In this document: piece by piece, positions 54,601 through 64,000 of the stretch
Layout of the letters: every line of letters starts with the position of its first letter
How positions within the stretch are numbered: position 1 is the stretch's first letter
Assembly: GCA_964016885.1 (NCBI GenBank)
Contig: OZ024745.1
Span: 44,640,001 to 44,704,000 of the forward strand
DNA length: 64,000 nt
Source: Eledone cirrhosa
Lineage: Eukaryota
Direction of reading: 5' to 3'
Notes under the pieces: generated by a model
Seen by the model: the letters and a program-made list of their open reading frames with translations, nothing else
The model's database searches: none
Told to the model about the DNA's origin: nothing
Program-made: the position numbers and the translations under genes

Positions 54601-57600
54601 TAAATCAGAAACCATATTTTCTATCATTGCAGAGGTCTTGATGTTACACCAATAACTATGGCACTGAGTGGAGCAGCGGCATATCCCCGAGCCTGTCAAG
54701 CACTCTCATGTATGCTGTCTCGACAAGCATTAAACCCAGCCGATATTACCATCGTGAGTTACTTTTTCCCCTCCCTTCTAATTTCAACTGTTATTTTTGT
54801 CTCTGTCAGTATTTACTGTTTACTGTCTTATGTCCATTTCCCTATACTTGCAATTGGATCTTGTTATACTGATCAAGCAGAATTCTTTGTGTTACCTAAA
54901 AGCACCACACACTGCTTATACCTATGTTTGAACTCTGCAACCATTATCTCACAAGCATTGTACATCTAGTTTATGTTTAATTAACTTGTTCATCTGTTAC
55001 ATATAGACACACACATCATCATCCTACAGGAGAGGTATTTAGCTAAGAGTAAGCCATTGTATTTATCATGTGTTGATCTGGAGAAGGCCTTTGACAGAGT
55101 CTTACATTCTGTAATCTGGTGGGCACTTTGGAAGCTAGGTGTAGATAAATAGCTTTTGAAGGCCGTGCAGGCCAACCAGCAGTTGGTAAATAGTATAGTG
55201 ATGAATATGAAGTGCATGTGGGAGTCCACCACGGATTAGTCCTCAGTCCACTCCTGTTTATCATTGTGCTTCAGGCTGTCACTGAGGAGTTTAAAACTGG
55301 CACTCCATGGGAGCTCCTATATGCTAATGACTTAGTTCTCATAGCTGAATCTTTAGGAGAGTTAGAAGCAAAATTTCAAGCATGGAAGAAAAACCTAGAG
55401 CTGAGGGGCCTAAAAGTAAATTTAACAAAGATGAAAGTTTTAATAAGTAGGAAAGAAGACAGGAAACTGACACCATCAGGGAAACAGCTTTATTCGATAT
55501 GTCAAAAAGGGGTGGGTAAAAATTCCATAAGGTGCACATAATGTAAATTATGGACGTACAGGAGATGTAGTGGGATTGTAGGTTGACTAACAGAAAAGAT
55601 AGACTTTATATGTGGCAGATGCACAGGGGAAGTAAGCACAAAGAGCACACATGAAATAGATTCCCTCAACTCTCAGGGGAACTCCATGGAAGTTGTTGAC
55701 AGCTTTTGTACCTAACTGATTAAATTAGTAGTGGGGGAGGATACCTCTATTACTAATTAATTTCATAGTACTCAATGTGCTACCAGAGGTCACCCCTTCC
55801 TCACTACTCTGCTAAATTCCACCACTCTACTCCACTTGTTATACAGCCAGGACATACTTATCATCCTTCTCCTTCCCACCCTCAAAAGTAGGGAGGGCTC
55901 TTCAGTTGAGTCAATGACTGATACCTCCCTATTACTGATGCTACAAGAAATGCACCCAGTAGAAGTTATGCCAAAGGGTCGAGAGGACTCTTCAGTTGTG
56001 TCAAAGACATGACAACCTTCCTAGTGCTGATGCCATGATAAAAGGAATATTCCCATATTTTATAAGCAAGATGTAGGCCTCCAGCCTGCCTGGGTACATG
56101 GTAAAGTGTATGAACGTAAACAAGCAAAATGGAGAACCCCTGAGTGCTAGCAGGGAAAACATTATATAATGATAATCATAAATAATATATTTTTAATAAA
56201 AAAATAATATTTAAGTAATAACCTTCAGTTGTTTGCTCTTTAACAGTTATTTAAGCGTTACTCCGAGGGAAACCCTCCACCAGTGGAATTGATCAGGGTG
56301 CCGGCCTTTCTTGGTAAGTATGTAAAGAGAGTCTTGTGCCCTTTTTTTACAGTGTATTGAATAATTGACAGGGTTTTGATTATTCACATTAGTTTTCAAA
56401 TAAATTATTTATGTCCTGTATACTGGTAACCACAATAATGCTGGGATAATATTATTATTTACTCTTAGGTTTGATACGTGAAGGTATATGGTGTAGAGTA
56501 TAAGGTACTCTACTTATAATCATAAAGTTGAGGGTTCAATTCTCGAACTAGGTGGTGCGTTTTGTCCTTGTGCAAGACACTTCCTTTCACATAGCTCTAG
56601 TTCACACAGCTGTAAATGAGTAACAGTGACAGCTAGGTGTTACCCTTGTGATGGACTGGTATCTTGTTCAGTATTCTTGGTTACTTAACACCCTTGAAAC
56701 TATGATAAGCTCTCAGCTTCATTCAACCTGTGCAATTATAAAAAACAAGCATAAAATGATAACTCTGAAGAGTTTGATGTTAGCTGTACATTTTGCTTTA
56801 CTTAATTACAATTCTTTCAAAAATTTGATTGAAAAGAAAGATAAATTCTTTACTAAAGGTATTTCCAATATTGTCTGAATAGCCATCATTTTCTATATTA
56901 TTATAGAATGGTTCTTTTTGTGAAATTATGGTTGGCTTACTATCTGTGAATAAATAACATTCCTGTAACTACAAATAAAAAGTAGAGACCACAAAGCTGC
57001 ATGTGTATATAATTTCCTAATTAAATGTCAACTTCTTTTCTCTTCTTCCAGAATTACTTATTGAAGCGTTGTTTAAACCTGGTAGTCGTACCATCAACCG
57101 AGAACATAAACCAAAGTATATCTACTTACTAGCATATGCAGCTAGTGTTAATGATACATACAAAAAGGTGACTTTTCTTTTCATACTTTCTTTTGTGTAC
57201 TTCTGCACAATTTTCTGTGATATTTTAAATGACTTGCTATTGATTTCTGTTATAAGTAAATAGTTGAATATGCTGACACAGTATATTACTGCTATTTACT
57301 TTATTGACCTTAAAAGAATAAATAGAGAAGTTGGTCGTGTTGGTGACATGACAAAAAGAGCCCAGCTCACACTGGAAAGTGGTTGTGTAGGTGACATGAT
57401 AAAAAGACTCCATCACATACTGTAAAGTGGTCGTGTAGGTGACTCAACAAAATGCGCCTAGCACACACTGTAAAGTGGTCATGTAGGTGACACAAGATTA
57501 AGCACCCACCTTGCTAGGTAGGGGAGCTGATGTTAAACAACAATGATTTTGATGTAGAGCATAATTTGTGGGAAAATTTGACTGCTATTTCAAGCAAGTC

Positions 57601-58124
57601 TTGCAACCCTGTAGGAGCTTTCCTCGTTTGCTCATACTTTTTTGCTTTTTTATCGACATGCAGACTGAATGATTAAGCCTAGAACTATATGCTATAGCTA
57701 CAGACATTACCACCATCTATTTAAACTAAAAACAAAAAGTGTTTGCGATTGTTTTCATCGTTGTCATCATTTTTTACATTGAATTTTCTAAAGAGGGATG
57801 GGTTGGATGGGATTCTTTGAGGCAATGTTTTATAGCCAGATGCCCTTCCAAGCACCAACACTTTTAATTGCTTCTTACGACATGTAGGAGTATGGTGTAC
57901 CTGTTCCTAACTGGATTCACAAAGTTACGATATTGAATTACAAGGAAATGTTATGTATTATTGTCTTTTTTTTTGTTTTTTTATCAGGGTGTACGGAAAA
58001 ATGTTAACAAAGATGAATTGAAACCAACTGTTCAAGCTTTGGAAAAAACTCAGACATTATGTAGTGAAAATAAAGGTTCATCAGAACTAATTGCAGACAT
58101 AAACACTTTATTCCAGTGTATACG
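45642..58124 (+). CDS. NELFCD: Negative elongation factor C/D (TH1-like), first 11 coding exons (about 403 aa); 3' part lies beyond the window
   Basis: Spliced product contains IMEP..., [72 protein letters not shown] and [12 protein letters not shown], all diagnostic of TH1/NELF-C/D; phases are consistent. Confidence 0.97.
47128..47243 (+). CDS. NELFCD: NELFCD coding exon 2
   Basis: [38 protein letters not shown]; tttcag| acceptor, AG|gtaaaa donor. Confidence 0.94.
48491..48600 (+). CDS. NELFCD: NELFCD coding exon 3
   Basis: [36 protein letters not shown]; donor G|gtgagt. Confidence 0.96.
49921..50030 (+). CDS. NELFCD: NELFCD coding exon 4
   Basis: [36 protein letters not shown]; GT-AG boundaries. 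Confidence 0.96.
50690..50797 (+). CDS. NELFCD: NELFCD coding exon 5
   Basis: [36 protein letters not shown]. Confidence 0.96.
51375..51527 (+). CDS. NELFCD: NELFCD coding exon 6
   Basis: [31 protein letters not shown]...LPEFT. Confidence 0.96.
52072..52262 (+). mobile_element. Same SINE family
   Basis: Near-identical to 27770-27960. Confidence 0.88.
52996..53126 (+). CDS. NELFCD: NELFCD coding exon 7
   Basis: [43 protein letters not shown]. Confidence 0.96.
53650..53915 (+). mobile_element. Second SINE family copy
   Basis: Reverse complement of about 35702-36008. Confidence 0.8.
54398..54616 (+). mobile_element. Same SINE family, abutting the NELFCD exon 8 acceptor
   Basis: gagttcaaatcc B-box, core, and ggccttgtgcctaaatcagaaacc tail. 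Confidence 0.82.
54633..54753 (+). CDS. NELFCD: NELFCD coding exon 8
   Basis: [40 protein letters not shown]; donor |gtgagt. Confidence 0.95.
55025..55742 (+). mobile_element. Degenerate RT fragment of the PHD-containing RTE family
   Basis: [38 protein letters not shown], then a broken PHD. Confidence 0.88.
56247..56313 (+). CDS. NELFCD: NELFCD coding exon 9
   Basis: [22 protein letters not shown]; donor G|gtaagt. Confidence 0.95.
57052..57167 (+). CDS. NELFCD: NELFCD coding exon 10
   Basis: [38 protein letters not shown]. Confidence 0.95.
57988..58124 (+). CDS. NELFCD: NELFCD coding exon 11
   Basis: [45 protein letters not shown]; donor CG|gtaaat. Confidence 0.95.
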
Positions 58125-58168
58125 GTAAATAGACATTTATTTTAAAACACAAACTTTTTCTGGTTTAG

Positions 58169-61100
58169 TGTGGAGAAGAGCCATTTGTCTTTATAGGCTC
58201 TGTCATGACAGTGAGATCTGTGGAGAGCTAGTTGTCTTTGTAGGCTCTGTGATAACAGTGAGGTCTGTGGAGAGCTAATTGTCTTTGTAGGCTCTGTGAT
58301 GGCAGTAAGATCTGGGGAGAGCTAATTGTCTTTATAGGCTCTGTGATGGCAGTAAGATCTGTGGAGAGCTAGTTGTCTTTGTAGGCTCTGTGATAGCAGT
58401 GAGGTCTGTGGAGAGTTAATTGTCTTTATAGGCTCTGTGATGGCAGTGAGATCTGTGGAGAGCTAGTTGTCTTTATAGGCTCTGTGATGGCAGTGAGATC
58501 TGTGGAGAGCTAGATGTCTTTATAGGCTCTGTGATGGCAGTGAGATCTGTGGAGAGCTAGATGTCTTTGTAGGCTCTGTGATAGCAGTGAGGTCTGTGGA
58601 GATTTAGTTGTCTTTGTAGGCTCTGTGATAACAGTGAGATCTGTGGAGAGTTAGTTGTCTTTGTAGGCTCTGTGATAGCAGTGAGATCTGTGGAGAGCTA
58701 ATTGTCTTTATAGGCTCTGTGATGGCAGTGAGGTCTGTGGAGAGCTAATTGTCTTTGTAGGTTCTGTGATGGCAGTGAGATCTGTGGAGAGCTAGATGTC
58801 TTTATAGGCTCTGTGATGGCAATGAGATCTGTGGAGAGCTAATTGTCTTTATAGGCTCTGTGATGGCAGTGAGATCTGTGGAGAGCTAGTTGTCTTTATA
58901 GGCTCTGTGATGGCAGTGAGGTCTGTGGAGAGCTAATTGTCTTTATAGGCTCTGTGATGGCAGTGAGATCTGTGAAGAGCTAGTTGTCTTTATAGGCTCT
59001 GTGATGGCAGTGAGGTCTGTGGAGAGCTAATTGTCTTTATAGGCTCTGTGATGGCAGTGAGGTCTGTGGAGAGCTAGTTGTCTTTATAGGCTCTGTGATG
59101 ACAGTGAGGTCTGTGGAGAGCTAGTTGTCTTTATAGGCTCTGTGATGGCAGTGAGGTCTGTGGAGAGCTAGTTGTCTTTATAGGCTCTGTGATGGCAGTG
59201 AGGTCTGTGGAGAGCTAATTGTCTTTATAGGCTCTGTGATGGCAGTGAGATCTGTGAAGAGCTAATTGTCTTTATAGGCTCTGTGATGGCAGTGAGGTCT
59301 GTGGAGAGCTAGTTGTCTTTATAGGCTCTGTGATGGCAGTGAGGTCTGTGGAGAGCTAGTTGTCTTTATAGGCTCTGTGATGGCAGTGAGGTCTGTGGAG
59401 AGCTAGTTGTCTTTATAGGCTCTGTGATGGCAGTGAGGTCTGTGGAGAGCTAGTTGTCTTTATAGGCTCTGTGATGGCAGTGAGGTCTGTGGAGAGCTAG
59501 TTGTCTTTGTAGGCTCTGTGATGGCAGTGAGGTCTGTGGAGAGTTAGTTGTCTTTGTAGGCTCTGTGATGGCAGTGAGGTCTGTGGAGAGCTAGTTGCCT
59601 TTATAGGCTCTGTGATGGCAGTGAGGTCTGTGGAGAGCTAATTGTCTTTATAGGTTCTGTGATGGCAGTGAGATTTGTGGAGAGCTAGTTGTCTTTGTAG
59701 GCTCTGTGATGGCAGTGAGGTCTGTGGAGAGCTAGTTGTCTTTGTAGGCTCTGTGATAACAGTGGGATCTGTGGAGAGCTAGTTGTCTTTATAGGCTCTG
59801 TGATGGCAGTGAGGTCTGTGGAGAGCTAGTTGTCTTTATAGGCTCTGTGATGGCAGTGAGGTCTGTGGAGAGCTAGTTGTCTTTATAGGCTCTGTGATGG
59901 CAGTGAGGTCTGTGGAGAGCTAATTGTCTTTATAGGCTCTGTGATGGCAGTGAGGTCTGTGGAGAGCTAGTTGTCTTTATAGGCTCTGTGATGGCAGTGA
60001 GGTCTGTGGAGAGCTAGTTGTCTTTATAGGCTCTGTGATGGCAGTGAGGTCTGTGGAGAGCTAGTTGTCTTTATAGGCTCTGTGATGGCAGTGAGGTCTG
60101 TGGAGAGCTAATTGTCTTTATAGGCTCTGTGATGGCAGTGAGGTCTGTGGAGAGCTAGTTGTCTTTGTAGGCTCTGTGATGGCAGTGAGGTCTGTGGAGA
60201 GCTAGTTGTCTTTATAGGCTCTGTGATGGCAGTGAGGTCTGTGGAGAGCTAGTTGTCTTTATAGGCTCTGTGATGGCAGTGAGGTCTGTGGAGAGCTAGT
60301 TGTCTTTATAGGCTCTGTGATGGCAGTGAGGTCTGTGGAGAGCTAGTTGTCTTTGTAGGCTCTGTGATGGCAGTGAGGTCTGTGGAGAGTTAGTTGTCTT
60401 TGTAGGCTATGTGATGGCAGTGAGGTCTGTGGAGAGCTAGTTGTCTTTATAGGCTCTGTGATGGCAGTGAGGTCTGTGGAGAGCTAGTTGTCTTTATAGG
60501 CTCTGTGATGGCAGTGAGGTCTGTGGAGAGCTAGTTGTCTTTATAGGCTCTGTGATGGCAGTGAGGTCTGTGGAGAGCTAGTTGTCTTTGTAGGCTCTGT
60601 GATGGCAGTGAGGTCTGTGGAGAGTTAGTTGTCTTTGTAGGCTCTGTGATGGCAGTGAGGTCTGTGGAGAGCTAGTTGCCTTTATAGGCTCTGTGATGGC
60701 AGTGAGGTCTGTGGAGAGCTAATTGTCTTTATAGGTTCTGTGATGGCAGTGAGATTTGTGGAGAGCTAGTTGTCTTTGTAGGCTCTGTGATGGCAGTGAG
60801 GTCTGTGGAGAGCTAGTTGTCTTTGTAGGCTCTGTGATAACAGTGGGATCTGTGGAGAGCTAGTTGTCTTTATAGGCTCTGTGATGGCAGTGAGGTCTGT
60901 GGAGAGCTAGTTGTCTTTATAGGCTCTGTGATGGCAGTGAGGTCTGTGGAGAGCTAGTTGTCTTTATAGGCTCTGTGATGGCAGTGAGGTCTGTGGAGAG
61001 CTAATTGTCTTTATAGGCTCTGTGATGGCAGTGAGATTTGTGGAGAGCTAGTTGTCTTTGTAGGCTCTGTGATGGCAGTGAGGTCTGTGGAGAGCTAGTT

Positions 61101-64000
61101 GTCTTTGTAGGCTCTGTGATAACAGTGGGATCTGTGGAGAGCTAGTTGTCTTTATAGGCTCTGTGATGGCAGTGAGATCTGTGGAGAGCTAGTTGTCTTT
61201 ATAGGCTCTGTGATGGCAGTGAGGTCTGTGGAGAGCTAGTTGTCTTTATAGGCTCTGTGATGGCAGTGAGGTCTGTGGAGAGCTAATTGTCTTTATAGGC
61301 TCTGTGATGGCAGTGAGATTTGTGGAGAGCTAGTTGTCTTTGTAGGCTCTGTGATGGCAGTGAGGTCTGTGGAGAGCTAGTTGTCTTTGTAGGCTCTGTG
61401 ATAACAGTGGGATCTGTGGAGAGCTAGTTGTCTTTATAGGCTCTGTGATGGCAGTGAGATCTGTGGAGAGCTAGTTGTCTTTATAGGCTCTGTGATGGCA
61501 GTGAGGTCTGTGGAGAGCTAGTTGTCTTTATAGGCTCTGTGATGGCAGTGAGGTCTGTGGAGAGCTAATTGTCTTTATAGGCTCTGTGATGGCAGTGAGA
61601 TCTGTGAAGAGCTAATTGTCTTTATAGGCTCTGTGATGGCAGTGAGGTCTGTGGAGAGCTAGTTGTCTTTATAGGCTCTGTGATGGCAGTGAGGTCTGTG
61701 GAGAGCTAGTTGTCTTTATAGGCTCTGTGATGGCAGTGAGGTCTGTGGAGAGCTAGTTGTCTTTGTAGGCTCTGTGATGGCAGTGAGGTCTGTGGAGAGT
61801 TAGTTGTCTTTGTAGGCTATGTGATGGCAGTGAGGTCTGTGGAGAGCTAGTTGTCTTTATAGGCTCTGTGATGGCAGTGAGGTCTGTGGAGAGCTAGTTG
61901 TCTTTATAGGCTCTGTGATGGCAGTGAGGTCTGTGGAGAGCTAGTTGTCTTTATAGGCTCTGTGATGGCAGTGAGGTCTGTGGAGAGCTAGTTGTCTTTG
62001 TAGGCTCTGTGATGGCAGTGAGGTCTGTGGAGAGTTAGTTGTCTTTGTAGGCTCTGTGATGGCAGTGAGGTCTGTGGAGAGCTAGTTGCCTTTATAGGCT
62101 CTGTGATGGCAGTGAGGTCTGTGGAGAGCTAATTGTCTTTATAGGTTCTGTGATGGCAGTGAGATTTGTGGAGAGCTAGTTGTCTTTGTAGGCTCTGTGA
62201 TGGCAGTGAGGTCTGTGGAGAGCTAGTTGTCTTTATAGGCTCTGTGATGGCAGTGAGGTCTGTGGAGAGCTAGTTGTCTTTGTAGGCTCTGTGATAACAG
62301 TGGGATCTGTGGAGAGCTAGTTGTCTTTATAGGCTCTGTGATGGCAGTGAGGTCTGTGGAGAGCTAGTTGTCTTTATAGGCTCTGTGATGGCAGTGAGGT
62401 CTGTGGAGAGCTAGTTGTCTTTATAGGCTCTGTGATGGCAGTGAGGTCTGTGGAGAGCTAGTTGTCTTTATAGGCTCTGTGATGGCAGTGAGGTCTGTGG
62501 AGAGCTAATTGTCTTTATAGGCTCTGTGATGGCAGTGAGGTCTGTGGAGAGCTAGTTGTCTTTGTAGGCTCTGTGATGGCAGTGAGGTCTGTGGAGAGCT
62601 AGTTGTCTTTATAGGCTCTGTGATGGCAGTGAGGTCTGTGGAGAGCTAGTTGTCTTTATAGGCTCTGTGATGGCAGTGAGGTCTGTGGAGAGCTAGTTGT
62701 CTTTATAGGCTCTGTGATGGCAGTGAGGTCTGTGGAGAGCTAGTTGTCTTTGTAGGCTCTGTGATGGCAGTGAGGTCTGTGGAGAGTTAGTTGTCTTTGT
62801 AGGCTATGTGATGGCAGTGAGGTCTGTGGAGAGCTAGTTGTCTTTATAGGCTCTGTGATGGCAGTGAGGTCTGTGGAGAGCTAGTTGTCTTTATAGGCTC
62901 TGTGATGGCAGTGAGGTCTGTGGAGAGCTAGTTGTCTTTATAGGCTCTGTGATGGCAGTGAGGTCTGTGGAGAGCTAGTTGTCTTTGTAGGCTCTGTGAT
63001 GGCAGTGAGGTCTGTGGAGAGCTAGTTGTCTTTGTAGGCTCTGTGATAACAGTGGGATCTGTGGAGAGCTAGTTGTCTTTATAGGCTCTGTGATGGCAGT
63101 GAGGTCTGTGGAGAGCTAGTTGTCTTTATAGGCTCTGTGATGGCAGTGAGGTCTGTGGAGAGCTAGTTGTCTTTATAGGCTCTGTGATGGCAGTGAGGTC
63201 TGTGGAGAGCTAATTGTCTTTATAGGCTCTGTGATGGCAGTGAGATTTGTGGAGAGCTAGTTGTCTTTGTAGGCTCTGTGATGGCAGTGAGGTCTGTGGA
63301 GAGCTAGTTGTCTTTGTAGGCTCTGTGATAACAGTGGGATCTGTGGAGAGCTAGTTGTCTTTATAGGCTCTGTGATGGCAGTGAGATCTGTGGAGAGCTA
63401 GTTGTCTTTATAGGCTCTGTGATGGCAGTGAGGTCTGTGGAGAGCTAGTTGTCTTTATAGGCTCTGTGATGGCAGTGAGGTCTGTGGAGAGCTAATTGTC
63501 TTTATAGGCTCTGTGATAACACTGAGATCTGTGGAGAGTTAGTTGTCTTTATAGGCTCTGTGATGGCAGTGAGATCTGTGGAGAGCTAGATGTCTTTATA
63601 GGCTCTGTGATGGCAGTGAGATCTGTGGAGAGCTAATTGTCTTTATAGGCTCTGTGATGGCAGTGAGATCTGTGGAGAGCTAGTTGTCTTTGTAGGCTCT
63701 GTGATAACACTGAGATCTGTGGAGAGTTAGTTGTCTTTATAGGCTCTGTGATGGCAGTGAGATCTATGGAGAGCTAGTTGTCTTTATAGGCTCTGTGATG
63801 GCAGTGAGATCTGTGGAGAGCTAGATGTCTTTGTAGGCTCTGTGATAGCAGTGAGATCTGTGGAGAGCTAGTTGTCTTTGTAGGCTCTGTGATAACACTG
63901 AGATCTGTGGAGAGTTAGTTGTCTTTATAGGCTCTGTGATGGCAGTGAGATCTGTGGAGAGCTAATTGTCTTTATAGGCTCTGTGATGGCAGTGAGATCT
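58169..64000. repeat. 47-bp tandem satellite, about 124 copies, runs off the window; inside a NELFCD intron
   Basis: Unit TGTGGAGAGCTAGTTGTCTTTATAGGCTCTGTGATGGCAGTGAGGTC. Confidence 0.99.

Noticed and set aside
56485-56600. tRNA gene (A-box- and B-box-like motifs)
   Set aside because: No cloverleaf is evident and the sequence runs into the CORE-like ccttg.gcaagacac block, so it is a SINE head. The same applies to the other gagttcaaatcc copies.
58169-64000. CRISPR array
   Set aside because: The units are contiguous with no unique spacers, there are no cas genes, and the context is a eukaryotic intron.

Overview
This is AT-rich, repeat-dense animal genomic DNA; the SINE, RTE-LINE and microsatellite content suggests an octopus or other cephalopod (inference). 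It is not prokaryotic and contains no CRISPR array. Two spliced genes lie head-to-head. EDC3 (mRNA-decapping enhancer; LSm-FDF-YjeF_N) is on the minus strand with six coding exons from 27575 to 14290, giving 482 aa, plus a probable non-coding first exon near 39.7-39.9 kb. NELFCD/TH1L is on the plus strand with eleven coding exons from 45642 to 58124 and continues beyond the window. All coding exons were joined by hand with GT-AG boundaries and consistent phases. The rest is mostly mobile DNA: a non-autonomous Helitron with both ends intact, RTE-type LINE fragments (one with a PHD finger), Penelope-like remnants with a hammerhead-ribozyme core, tRNA-derived SINEs and TTAA-flanked MITEs. A 47-bp satellite of at least 5.8 kb fills the last NELFCD intron seen. 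The most unusual items are an orphan INTS6 first-exon copy in EDC3 intron 1, a splice-site-like grammar in every satellite unit, inverted-SINE hairpins next to EDC3 exons, and well-formed orphan exons downstream of EDC3. No clearly new multi-gene system is demonstrable from the sequence alone.
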